A DNA stretch of 64,000 bases from assembly GCA_038245785.1 (NCBI GenBank), contig JBBRSB010000013.1:32001-96000 (forward strand), written 5' to 3'. The notes below the pieces were generated by a model. That model was given only the letters and a program-made list of their open reading frames with translations. It made no database searches and was not told the origin of the DNA. Below, piece by piece: positions 1 to 9,255 of the stretch (its first letter is position 1; the number at the start of each line of letters is the position of its first letter). A program made the translations under genes and the position numbers. Source of the stretch: Gloeobacterales cyanobacterium. GTDB lineage: Bacteria; Cyanobacteriota; Cyanobacteriia; Gloeobacterales; PMM-0068.

Positions 1-169
1 GCAAGGAGATTCCGTAGGGATAGAATCCCTCCTCAGACCAAGGACGATTGGGTTCTAAAGCTCTACTAGCTTCTTCTAGCCATCGAGAATCATAAATACT
101 CAATCCTCTGTTTTCTCTTGATTGTCTGACCTGTAAATGTCCTTGTTTGGACAATCGGTGACTTGCCAT
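1..169 (-). CDS. N-terminus of a gene running off the window; resembles the N-terminal region of cyanobacterial AAA/NACHT/NB-ARC-type proteins
   Basis: Hand translation: ATG at 169 with GGAGA upstream, open to the edge: MASHRLSKQGHLQVRQSRENRGLSIYDSRWLEEASRALEPNRPWSEEGFYPYGISL. Family call is from recalled similarity only. Confidence 0.55.
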   Translation of the reverse strand, partial: MASHRLSKQGHLQVRQSRENRGLSIYDSRWLEEASRALEPNRPWSEEGFYPYGISL

Positions 170-508
170 AATAGTTCTCCCGCAGAACAGTACTGGCATT
201 ATAGTTTCTGTGCTATTACCCAACAAGCTTAGTTCAGGTTCACTTCTGGATCAGTTTTTCTTAAGAGCTTTTACTCAGGATAAAAAACTGAGATCAAACT
301 ATGTCTAGATTTTTCTTAAGCAATCATTCATCATTGCAAACAACTGACATATGTAACAAACTTCATTTTGGTTATGTTTAAGTCAACCTTATGAATAGCA
401 AGATGACTAATCAGGCATTGAGCAGCAAATTTGTATCGGGATCTATTGGGTCAACAGCAATTGCCAAATATTTCTTTGAAATTGCTTAGATATATAGGAT
501 GAGTTGCC

Positions 509-1120
509 ATGAAAAAAGGTATTGATTGGCTAATGGTTCATAATGTATTAGGAAGCTGGCAAAAGCTATGGGGGATGCCTTTTGAAAGTAATCCTCAAAT
601 TGCACTTGATGATGAACTCAAGAAATTAGCTTCAGGTAAGTTACTCATCAATACTCCACACGAAATGCAAGTCGGTGTTCCTGAGAGAGTAAATGTCCGA
701 ATTGCTAAAACTGCAACCCAGAATTTTCTTGAGGGATTGGTCCATAGCCAGGAAGCTGAGGTTGAGAATATCAGAACTAGCCGTTCTATGATTGTTAGCT
801 TAAGAAGCGAAGATTTCAAGATTGAAGCGCTTAGCAATGAAGAACAAATTATTGAGGACACTGATTACACCCAATGGGACTATAAAGTAGCACCGCTCAA
901 AAGCGGTAATCGCAAGGTTTGCATTAGCATCACAGTTCTACTTACAGAAGAAAATGAGGACTTTCGCAAAACTCTACTTATCTTAGAAAAAGAGATTACT
1001 GTCAGGAGCAATCCCATCTATTCAATTAAAACTTTCGTGAGCGACTATTGGCAGTGGATTTTTGCATCAGCACTTATTCCTGCTATAGGTTTGGTTCTTA
1101 AAGTGCTTAGAGGCACTTAA
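509..1120 (+). CDS. Hypothetical protein with beta-rich body and C-terminal transmembrane anchor
   Basis: 203-aa AT-rich ORF ending in hydrophobic YWQWIFASALIPAIGLVL. Confidence 0.7.
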   Translation: MKKGIDWLMVHNVLGSWQKLWGMPFESNPQIALDDELKKLASGKLLINTPHEMQVGVPERVNVRIAKTATQNFLEGLVHSQEAEVENIRTSRSMIVSLRSEDFKIEALSNEEQIIEDTDYTQWDYKVAPLKSGNRKVCISITVLLTEENEDFRKTLLILEKEITVRSNPIYSIKTFVSDYWQWIFASALIPAIGLVLKVLRGT

Positions 1121-1145
1121 CGATGGGCAAGTCATCGAACAGCGA

Positions 1146-2309
1146 CTAGCCCTTCAGCTTCGCCAATTTTGTGACTTTGGTCCCTTGATAGTAGTGGCTC
1201 AGAATATTGCGATACTTCCAGCCAGAGGCTGCACGGTTTTGGGCTCCCCATTGGCTCATGCCATATCCATGGCCCCAACCTTTACCTTCGAAGGTGAAGC
1301 GGCTGGCCGGAGTTTGGTCTGCACCGACGATGGCGGCTCCCATAAAAGGGGGACGGACCGCTGCTATTTGAAAGCGACCGCTCAGTAAATTTAGGCCAAT
1401 GCGCACAGGGTCGGCATCAATGGTCTTAGTACCTTTGGTCCCTACGATTTTTAAAGAGTTCGCACGCCCAGCGGCGCTGATTTCATTTGGGGTCACCTGT
1501 AACAGTTCTCCCAATCCTTGGGTCCAAGGCTTTAGCTGTTCGGGAGTGATAGAGACTTGCCAGCGGTAATTAGGCGCATCCTGGTCGTAATCTTTCACAC
1601 TGCGCAGATAGCTTCGTCCTCCATTATCAGTCTGTCCACCAGAGGAAGCATGGTAAAGCGCTTCCGCTAGTTTGCCTCGATAGGTTAGGACTTCATCACG
1701 GGTGGTATCGACCGCTTGAATCGATTTTTGACTCTCTCCCTGGACGCCTTCATAGACTTGCCAGGCTGGCGTATCGCCTAGGTCATAGGGCTTATCCTGG
1801 CGGTGATTCATCTGAAAGAAGGCATAGCTGCGGGCGGCTACAGCTTGGGCTTTGATCGCCTCTATGGACCAGCTCTGGGGCATTTCTGAAGTGGCTACGC
1901 CATAGAGATATTCTTCCATGGGCAGTTGATTGACGGCCAAAAGCCCATCGCTGGAAGATTTGACTTCAACGGCTCCCCGAAACCACTGCTTATCGATATA
2001 GACCAAACCGTCCTTGGTCTGAGGCGTGACGCGCACACCGCTGACTTTGATATCCCCAATCTGAATGCCTCCACCCTTGCCCTTACGGGTCAGAAGAGGC
2101 TCTAAGGGGTCTAAAGAACCCAAGACCTGTCCTTCCGAGGCTGTGACCAACGCTCCCACTGAGCTTCCCAAGACAATCTGTCGTTCCCCTTCGGTGATTT
2201 CTACCCGGACATCGTGGACATCGGTGGCTGGGGCTGCGGTCGCCGCTGTAGCAGCCAAACATAGAAAACTCAGAGACGATAAGCTAAGAGAAAGGAGTAC
2301 ACGTTTCAT
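1146..2309 (-). CDS. SpoIID/LytB domain protein (lytic transglycosylase-like)
   Basis: Signal peptide; motifs EEYLYGV..EMP, KAQAVAARSY, QVYEG, GWGHGYGMSQWGA, ILSHYYQG. Confidence 0.92.
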   Translation of the reverse strand: MKRVLLSLSLSSLSFLCLAATAATAAPATDVHDVRVEITEGERQIVLGSSVGALVTASEGQVLGSLDPLEPLLTRKGKGGGIQIGDIKVSGVRVTPQTKDGLVYIDKQWFRGAVEVKSSSDGLLAVNQLPMEEYLYGVATSEMPQSWSIEAIKAQAVAARSYAFFQMNHRQDKPYDLGDTPAWQVYEGVQGESQKSIQAVDTTRDEVLTYRGKLAEALYHASSGGQTDNGGRSYLRSVKDYDQDAPNYRWQVSITPEQLKPWTQGLGELLQVTPNEISAAGRANSLKIVGTKGTKTIDADPVRIGLNLLSGRFQIAAVRPPFMGAAIVGADQTPASRFTFEGKGWGHGYGMSQWGAQNRAASGWKYRNILSHYYQGTKVTKLAKLKG

Positions 2310-2471
2310 GGCAAAACCAAAGACAAAACAAAAGCCATACAGGAAAGCACGTCAGGCCGTTAGATTAGAACCTCGCGTGGGAATCCTATAGGTATTTCCT
2401 CGTTAGTCTACCCTATGGTTCTGGGCATGCGCGGTATACCAGCAGACAGGACAGATGGGGACAACTGCTCT

Positions 2472-5400
2472 CTAGAAGCGGGTTTCATACTCTACAGAAG
2501 CACTGGTATCGTTTTTGAAATCGCTTCCTACGCGCAGCAGAATGTTGTCATCAAATCGATATTGCAGGTTATACCGGGTTGGTTGGGTAGGGTCTGTGAG
2601 GTTTTGCGTTACGGACAGCCCGAAGTTGTAGCTAAGGTCTTTAGCTACTTCTAGACCTACGCCCAGACGATAAGCGCCCGGAACAGCCGGGTCTGTTTGG
2701 GTGAGGGCACTGATTTGAAATTCATCTAGAGCCAGACGTTCGAGAATAAAATCTTCAATCGGAGAAACCAAAGCAGAACCGGCCAGGGCGTAGACTCCTG
2801 CCCCTAGTTGGCCTGCCACATTGCCTCCCAAAAGGCTGACGATTTCATCCTGAGTGCGGGGAGGAGAGCTGCGTAGCTCTGTGTTGAACTTGGAAGCTCT
2901 GCCGGTAACGGATGCCGTAATGCGTACCGTTCTTTGCGAACCTGTAGTGATGCTAGATTCCAAGACTCTCCGGTTTGAAGCTTCCGCCGTCGGTAAGGTT
3001 ACTTCTGAAGCGCGGCCCACGACCCGAACGTCTAAGTCTGGATCTAGCCCTTGCTCTGGACTAAAACGGGCTACATTCTTGCGACCCCGCTCTAGATAAA
3101 ACGGAGAGGAAAAGAGGTTGAGGCGACCGGATAGAAACTGCACTTCGCCGAGGGCTTTAGGTTCGGCCAAAGTACCGGATAGGACGAGATTTCCTTTGGT
3201 CAAGAAGCGGAGTACAGGCCGCTGTACCAAGTTAATATCTTGCCCAAGCACTATCTTCAAATCTTGCAGCTTTGGACTGGCAATCTGCCTCACACGGGCG
3301 GTAGTTTCCAGTCTGGCCGGGTCCTCAGGCTTACCACTGGGTAGCCCAAGGTTACCTTTAGAAAGTGTTACGACACCGCTTACTGCTGGAGCAAGGAAAG
3401 AACCTTTGAGCAGCAATTTACCATCTAGTTCTCCTTCATAGAGAGGCGTGAGGGCCAATTGCACATCCTTCAGGTCTAATTGCAAGGGGTCATCAACAAC
3501 GACTTTTTGGTTGAGGGCGACAATGCCTTGTCCTTCAAAGCGACCTTTGCTAAATTGTCCTTCCAACGTTTTGACAACAGCCCTATCTCCGACAAAGTCA
3601 ACCCGGCCTGATAGATTCTTAATCGGTTCCTGTAGACCTGTGACACTAACTTGGCTGTCCTGGAACGTGAGCCCTCCATTCAGTTGTAGGGCCGTTAAAT
3701 CTCCGCCCACCGTGACATCTAGATTGCCTTTTCCCTGTTGCCACTGAATTTGGTCGGTAAATAGATTGAGTAGCGCCAAACCACTATTTTGCAGTTTGAG
3801 ATTGAGGTTAAAGGTCTTATCCTCAGGTTCTTCAAAAAGCGTAATCGGGAAACTTCCTGTAATCTGCGCTGGGTCTGTTTCAACAATCCTCTCTGTCTTT
3901 TCAGCGGCCAACTGGAAGTTGTCAATCGTTACTCGCCCTTGGCGGTAGCCAATCTGACCAGAAGCCTGCTTGAGGGGAGCGCGATTGAGCGTTCCTTGAT
4001 CGACCGCAAAGGTCCCTGCGACTTCAGGATGACTCAAGGTTCCCTCAAAGGTGCCTTCTGCACTGAGGTCTCCTCTAACCTGAATGCTGGAGGGGAGGAA
4101 GGGTTGGACCAAGCCCACAGGGAACTGCTTGAGCTGGAATACGCCATCAGGACCTATGGTTTTCTTAGGCTTGGGCTCTAGGTTTAGCACGCCCACATAG
4201 GTGGCTTCTCGGAGTTTATTCTCAACCTTTCTACGGGCGACGAAGGAGTCTACCCGGATCTGTTGATTTTGGTAGGCTCCTTTTGCCTGGACCGTATCGA
4301 GATGATAATTTCCCCACTGCCAGGTTTGGCCCTGAATATCCACGGCCAATTGGGGATTGTCTAAGACTGGGCGTTCTAAACGAAAGGCAGGAATTTTGAG
4401 GGATAGTGAGCCTTGGAAGTTACCTTTCAAACTTTGCAAGGAACTCGGCAGGGGGGATTTACTGGCTTTGGCCAGCTCTGCCTGTTCACTCTCATATTCT
4501 GTGAATTTCTGGAGTTGGGCAGATAAAGGACGGCTGCCATTATCGATTTCCACCGCTCCTATTTCACTGGCAGGAATAGCAGGTGAAGGCAACAGACTTT
4601 GGTTGAGAATGTCTTGCCAGGTCCGCCAACCAAAAGTGCGCACCAGGCTCTCTAAAGTTCCGTTGTCCGTTTTTAAAGAGGCCAATAATCCTGAACGTCT
4701 GTTGTAGTCCAGCCCCAAAGTATAAAGACTCTTGCCGATATTGAGCTGAGCATTGCCAATTTGAAGGCTGCCATCGGCTGGGACATAGACCAAATTCCCT
4801 TTCAGTAAATCGGTCTTGAGCGTACGGTAACGACCATCTTCCAAGGCAAAAGCACCTTTGAGGCGCTTAGTTTGGAGATCATAGGAGAAGTCTCCTCCCA
4901 AAACGCCCCCAACCTGAAGGGTGGATGAACTGAGTCTTTCCAACGCTAGATTTTTGAGATTCAGCGCAAATTGGTTGGCTTGTTTACGGCCTGTGAGCGA
5001 AGTATCTCCGGCCAAGGCCACGAGGCTCAAAGGATTGAATGCGCTGTCGGTACTGATTTTTAACTGGTCTTGACTGCTGCGGGCACGCAGATCCAGGGAT
5101 AGGCCCGCAGGGTTATAGGAAATCGGCCCTGATAGGGGTGCAAATTCAAAGGGCTCCACCGCAAGTCCCTGAACGGATGCTTGACCGACAAAGTTTGGCT
5201 TGCTCGTAGTACCTGTCAGACGACCTTGGAGATCTGCTTGTCCTTTGGCAGGGCGAGGAAGCGACAGTGGCAACAGGGCCAGGTCCAATTTATTAGCTTG
5301 AACCGTAAGGTCCAAAGGTCCTTTGGGGTCTACTGTACCCTGGGCCGTTAACAGGTCTCCCAATCGGGCTTGCTTTAGAAGAAGATTGCTTCCATCCCAG

Positions 5401-7196
5401 GCGAAATTCAGGTCTAAAGGATCTTTAATCGCTAAGGGACCCAGTTTCTTTTTGTCCAAGAGGAGAGAAATATCTCCCTGGGCGGCTAGCTGATTCAAAG
5501 AACCTTGAGTTTGGATCTGACCGGTGAGCGTCCCTTGCAGGTCAGGATTTTGGGCCGCAGGGATAAGATCACCCAAAGCACTCACTCGCACGGAGTTGAG
5601 ATAGGATACGCCTCTCCATTCCTGTTTGGATATGGATAAGACTCCTTCTACATCGACTGTACCCCCACCCTTATTAAACTGAGCATTCTCTACTAGCAGC
5701 TGATCATCTTGCCAGGTCACGGTACCAGTTCCAGGCCACGCTCCCCCTAAAAGCTGACCATTAAACACAGCGACGGGTCTGGTCCACGGTCCTTGAAGCG
5801 TCACCTTTGTATTGATATTGCCAATGCCCAAGCTAGTCGGCAAAGCCTTGATCTGCCTGCTCTGAATGCCCTGGGCCATGGCCTGAAAATCTAGGGTTTG
5901 AGTTTTAAGGTCTACCAAACCGCTACCAAGCGCTGTACCGCCTAATCCCTGGATATTGAAACGGGTAAAGCGAACACGCTGGTCTGTGCCTAAAGAAATA
6001 TCCGTGCTGTATTGCTGGACTGGAAGGTTTGCAACACGGCCGGGACCAACCCCTTGAAATTTCCCCTTAAAGAGGGGATTGACCAGAGGACCCGTCACTT
6101 GGGCGGTTCCCTGCACTTTGCCCTGCACAGGGAACGGTAAAGTCAGGCCGAAGGTCTTTTGAACCGCGTCGAAGGGAGTCTGGTTCACGCTCAGAGAAAG
6201 GGCATACTTGCCACGGGTTTCGATATCCCCATTCTTAAGCCCTGGCAGGAGCCCTTGCAAACCACCGCTTACCTGGGTCTCGATCTGCCCATAACGACCC
6301 TGCGTTTTCTGAAGGGCCAGTCCGCCATTCTGAAAAATGAGATTTCCTTGGGCTTTTTCAATCGGACGAGGTAGGGCAGCAATCGCAAGAAGCGTATCTT
6401 GAAAGTTAAGAGCTCCAGTCCATTGACTGGGGTTCAAATTGCCTTGCCACTGGAGGTTGACGGTCCCTGTAGCTTGCCCTTTGTCTATATGTACGACCTG
6501 GACAGGCAAAAATAGACGCGTGACCGGATTGAAGGGGATTTGATTGAGATCCAGACGGAGCTGCCCGAGCAGGGTATTGAGCGCGATTTTGCCCTGAGCG
6601 CGAACCTTTCCTTTCTCCGTAGTCTTCGGACTGGAAACGTCTGCTTCTAGATTCCCCGTGAGGTTTTGTGGGGATGACCAGAATGCCTCGCCTCCTAGAT
6701 TCTGAAAAACCAGAGGCCCACTAGCCTGGGGATAGAGCGTAGCCTGGCTCCTGGACACATGCACTTTTTCTAAGATGAAAGCACTAGGGCCTGATTGGGT
6801 AGGGAGCAGTTTTCTCCAGTCCCAGCTTCCATCCGCACTCTGACGAGCCGTGACCGTCGCACCGCTCAAACCAACAGCGATTTTGGGTTTTTGTCCGGTG
6901 ATTATGTCAAGGGGATTGAAATAGAGCTGAATTTTTTCTGCGCTCCCCAAACCTTCGATTGAGCTGTTGCCTACTTGTATTTCCCAGGGCAAAAAGGTCT
7001 GCAGCGGACCGAGGTTTACTTTTCGCTGAAAGCTCTTGCTTAAATTTTCTTCTAATTGAGGCAAGGCGGACTGTTCTACCCAGGAACGGCCTGCGATATT
7101 TAGTCCAATAATCAAAGCGCCAAGGGACACCCCTCCTATACCCAAACCTAGCGCTGTGCGCCGTAGTAATTTCCATAGAAGAGAAGAAGAAGTCAC
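2472..7196 (-). CDS. tamB: TamB/DUF490 translocation and assembly module protein
   Basis: 1574 aa, N-terminal TM anchor, long beta-repeat body, C-terminal SSPPRTQDEIVSLL...VEYETRF. Confidence 0.88.
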   Translation of the reverse strand: MTSSSLLWKLLRRTALGLGIGGVSLGALIIGLNIAGRSWVEQSALPQLEENLSKSFQRKVNLGPLQTFLPWEIQVGNSSIEGLGSAEKIQLYFNPLDIITGQKPKIAVGLSGATVTARQSADGSWDWRKLLPTQSGPSAFILEKVHVSRSQATLYPQASGPLVFQNLGGEAFWSSPQNLTGNLEADVSSPKTTEKGKVRAQGKIALNTLLGQLRLDLNQIPFNPVTRLFLPVQVVHIDKGQATGTVNLQWQGNLNPSQWTGALNFQDTLLAIAALPRPIEKAQGNLIFQNGGLALQKTQGRYGQIETQVSGGLQGLLPGLKNGDIETRGKYALSLSVNQTPFDAVQKTFGLTLPFPVQGKVQGTAQVTGPLVNPLFKGKFQGVGPGRVANLPVQQYSTDISLGTDQRVRFTRFNIQGLGGTALGSGLVDLKTQTLDFQAMAQGIQSRQIKALPTSLGIGNINTKVTLQGPWTRPVAVFNGQLLGGAWPGTGTVTWQDDQLLVENAQFNKGGGTVDVEGVLSISKQEWRGVSYLNSVRVSALGDLIPAAQNPDLQGTLTGQIQTQGSLNQLAAQGDISLLLDKKKLGPLAIKDPLDLNFAWDGSNLLLKQARLGDLLTAQGTVDPKGPLDLTVQANKLDLALLPLSLPRPAKGQADLQGRLTGTTSKPNFVGQASVQGLAVEPFEFAPLSGPISYNPAGLSLDLRARSSQDQLKISTDSAFNPLSLVALAGDTSLTGRKQANQFALNLKNLALERLSSSTLQVGGVLGGDFSYDLQTKRLKGAFALEDGRYRTLKTDLLKGNLVYVPADGSLQIGNAQLNIGKSLYTLGLDYNRRSGLLASLKTDNGTLESLVRTFGWRTWQDILNQSLLPSPAIPASEIGAVEIDNGSRPLSAQLQKFTEYESEQAELAKASKSPLPSSLQSLKGNFQGSLSLKIPAFRLERPVLDNPQLAVDIQGQTWQWGNYHLDTVQAKGAYQNQQIRVDSFVARRKVENKLREATYVGVLNLEPKPKKTIGPDGVFQLKQFPVGLVQPFLPSSIQVRGDLSAEGTFEGTLSHPEVAGTFAVDQGTLNRAPLKQASGQIGYRQGRVTIDNFQLAAEKTERIVETDPAQITGSFPITLFEEPEDKTFNLNLKLQNSGLALLNLFTDQIQWQQGKGNLDVTVGGDLTALQLNGGLTFQDSQVSVTGLQEPIKNLSGRVDFVGDRAVVKTLEGQFSKGRFEGQGIVALNQKVVVDDPLQLDLKDVQLALTPLYEGELDGKLLLKGSFLAPAVSGVVTLSKGNLGLPSGKPEDPARLETTARVRQIASPKLQDLKIVLGQDINLVQRPVLRFLTKGNLVLSGTLAEPKALGEVQFLSGRLNLFSSPFYLERGRKNVARFSPEQGLDPDLDVRVVGRASEVTLPTAEASNRRVLESSITTGSQRTVRITASVTGRASKFNTELRSSPPRTQDEIVSLLGGNVAGQLGAGVYALAGSALVSPIEDFILERLALDEFQISALTQTDPAVPGAYRLGVGLEVAKDLSYNFGLSVTQNLTDPTQPTRYNLQYRFDDNILLRVGSDFKNDTSASVEYETRF

Positions 7197-7280
7197 CAGT
7201 TTCCTATTGTGCTGAGCGGCAGAAGGTTAGAACAATTTAAGAAGCAATCTAAATTAAGATTATCTGCTAGGCTACCCGGT

Positions 7281-8030
7281 TCAACTTAGACGTCTCAATC
7301 GATAGAAGTATCCCGTAAAAGGGATCTGGAAAGGTAAGAAAGGTAAACAACCGGGAAAATCTTTGCCCCGTTCTGCCAAGCGATAACCGGCACTCTGAAT
7401 CAATTCCTCAAAGAGGGGGGTACTCAAGAGGCCAAAAGGTAGCGTTTTCAGTCCTAAAAGGCCCAACAGGCGGTCGGCATTTTTGAGGTCACTTTCCTTT
7501 GGTTGACTGTCTTGAGGTTCCAAACCCGTGGTGAATAAAAACTGTCCGTTGGGTTTGAGCAAGGACGAGACGATCGGGAAATATTCGCGCAGAGTGGGCT
7601 GAGGCAAGTGCTGGAACAAGTCTACAGCGATACAGGCATCAAAAGTGCCTGGTTCGCAGGGGATGACCGGACGTTTGAGATGAATCAGGCGCACATTGGC
7701 AATGCCTTTGAGACGGACTTGCGCTTGTTTGAGCATTTCTAAAGAAATATCGGCCAAGGTGTATTGGGCTACTTGGGGGGCTAAATACTTAGCGATCCGG
7801 CCCATGCCGCCGCCTAGGTCTAAAACATGGCTGGAATCATCCAGTTTGAGATGCGTGACCAAGTAGGCCGTGATTCTGCGGGCATCTTCTTCAAAGAGTC
7901 CATGATTATGAAAACAGAATAGGTCTGCACTGGTGATCGGGTCATGCAGTGCATTGGCATCCCACAATTCGGTCATTTTTTCCCACTGTTCTGTTTCTGG
8001 GACTTGATCAATCAGCAGAATGGCACTCAT
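7281..8030 (-). CDS. Class I SAM-dependent methyltransferase
   Basis: VLDLGGGMGR motif I, ADIS motif II. Start moved to ATG 8030 to avoid overlap with the divergent cupin gene. Confidence 0.82.
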   Translation of the reverse strand: MSAILLIDQVPETEQWEKMTELWDANALHDPITSADLFCFHNHGLFEEDARRITAYLVTHLKLDDSSHVLDLGGGMGRIAKYLAPQVAQYTLADISLEMLKQAQVRLKGIANVRLIHLKRPVIPCEPGTFDACIAVDLFQHLPQPTLREYFPIVSSLLKPNGQFLFTTGLEPQDSQPKESDLKNADRLLGLLGLKTLPFGLLSTPLFEELIQSAGYRLAERGKDFPGCLPFLPFQIPFTGYFYRLRRLS

Positions 8031-8177
8031 GAGCTTATGTAGAATAGGACTATCGGCCGGATTATAGCAGTCTAGTCTTCTGTGCATTCCTAATGGATAA
8101 GATATGGGTACGATGAGATAGTCTAAGTGAAGGCCGAGTAAAATCTGTCCTGCAAAATCCTGTGAGGTGGAGTTCCC

Positions 8178-8588
8178 ATGACCCAAGCTTTTGAAGTGAT
8201 TGAAAAAAGTAATGTTCAAAATATTCAAGCGGCCACAGAGATTCGGCCTTGGGGAGCTTTCACTATCCTTGAGGAAGGTCCTGGCTACAAAATCAAGCGG
8301 ATCGAGGTGAAGCCCAATCATCGCCTCAGCCTCCAGATGCACCATCACCGCTCAGAGCACTGGATTGTGGTCTCCGGAACGGCCAAGGTCACTCGGGGCA
8401 GTATAGAAGACGGCACGCAAGAAGAACTGGTTCTTAGCCACCAATCTACCTATGTTCCCTGTGGCACCTTGCATCGTCTGGCAAATCCTGGGGTTATTCC
8501 TTTGGTGATTATTGAAGTTCAGAATGGTCAGTATCTTGGCGAGGATGACATTCAACGCTTCGAAGATGATTACGCTCGCGGTAAATAA
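8178..8588 (+). CDS. Phosphomannose isomerase type II C-terminal cupin domain protein
   Basis: RPWG, LSLQMHHHRSEHWIVVSG, IEVQNGQYLGEDDIQRFEDDY motifs. Confidence 0.92.
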   Translation: MTQAFEVIEKSNVQNIQAATEIRPWGAFTILEEGPGYKIKRIEVKPNHRLSLQMHHHRSEHWIVVSGTAKVTRGSIEDGTQEELVLSHQSTYVPCGTLHRLANPGVIPLVIIEVQNGQYLGEDDIQRFEDDYARGK

Positions 8589-8634
8589 ACGTCCTTGGTA
8601 ATTTAATTTTTTGTCCCTAAGCCACAGGGATATA

Positions 8635-9030
8635 ATGCGCTATTTGCCATATTTTTTATCTTTGCTGGGTGCCTTTGGCGGTACACCAGCAGTTTTGGCT
8701 GAATGGTCTTTGACTGTGCCCGTTGAGACTGTGAATGGGCAACCCTATGTTCAGTTAACGCCTGTGGCACAGGCGCTGAAAGCTACCTATCAGAGCAGTC
8801 CTGAGAATCACACCTTCAATGTCTACTATCAAGGCCGCGATACGGCCATCGGAGAAGGACCGACCGTACTTTTGGGGAATCAATGGGTTCCCCTAAGCGT
8901 CAGTCCCTATTGGCAAGGCTCAGAACTGATGGTCCCGCTGGATGCGGTCCAGAAAATTTTTGTGGTTCATATTCGTTGGCGTTTGCGGACCCAGCAAGTG
9001 GTATTTACGCCTGTAGAGATAGTGAGATAG
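8635..9030 (+). CDS. Secreted small protein, copper-amine-oxidase N-terminal/stalk-like domain
   Basis: Signal peptide from ATG 8635; pattern NGQPYVQLTPVAQAL...ELMVPLD. Confidence 0.55.
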   Translation: MRYLPYFLSLLGAFGGTPAVLAEWSLTVPVETVNGQPYVQLTPVAQALKATYQSSPENHTFNVYYQGRDTAIGEGPTVLLGNQWVPLSVSPYWQGSELMVPLDAVQKIFVVHIRWRLRTQQVVFTPVEIVR

Positions 9031-9255
9031 AAGACTCGTAGATTTATGATATATCCAGCTCTTTTGGATCCGGCCCACTATAAAATGTTTCTGAGATAGT
9101 CTTGACGAAATCCGCAGAAACTCACAGCTTAGTAAGAAAGGTGCGGTCATGCACGCTCGCATCCTCACTCTTCTTTTACTGGGAAAGATATTAATAACAG
9201 GAGGGGTCCATTTAGAGACAAAGAAGCCAATAAATAAATAAAGAAGGGTAGGACA

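Noticed and set aside
8031..8348. N-terminal extension of the methyltransferase ORF
   Set aside because: Overlaps the well-supported divergent cupin gene; ATG 8030 is more plausible.
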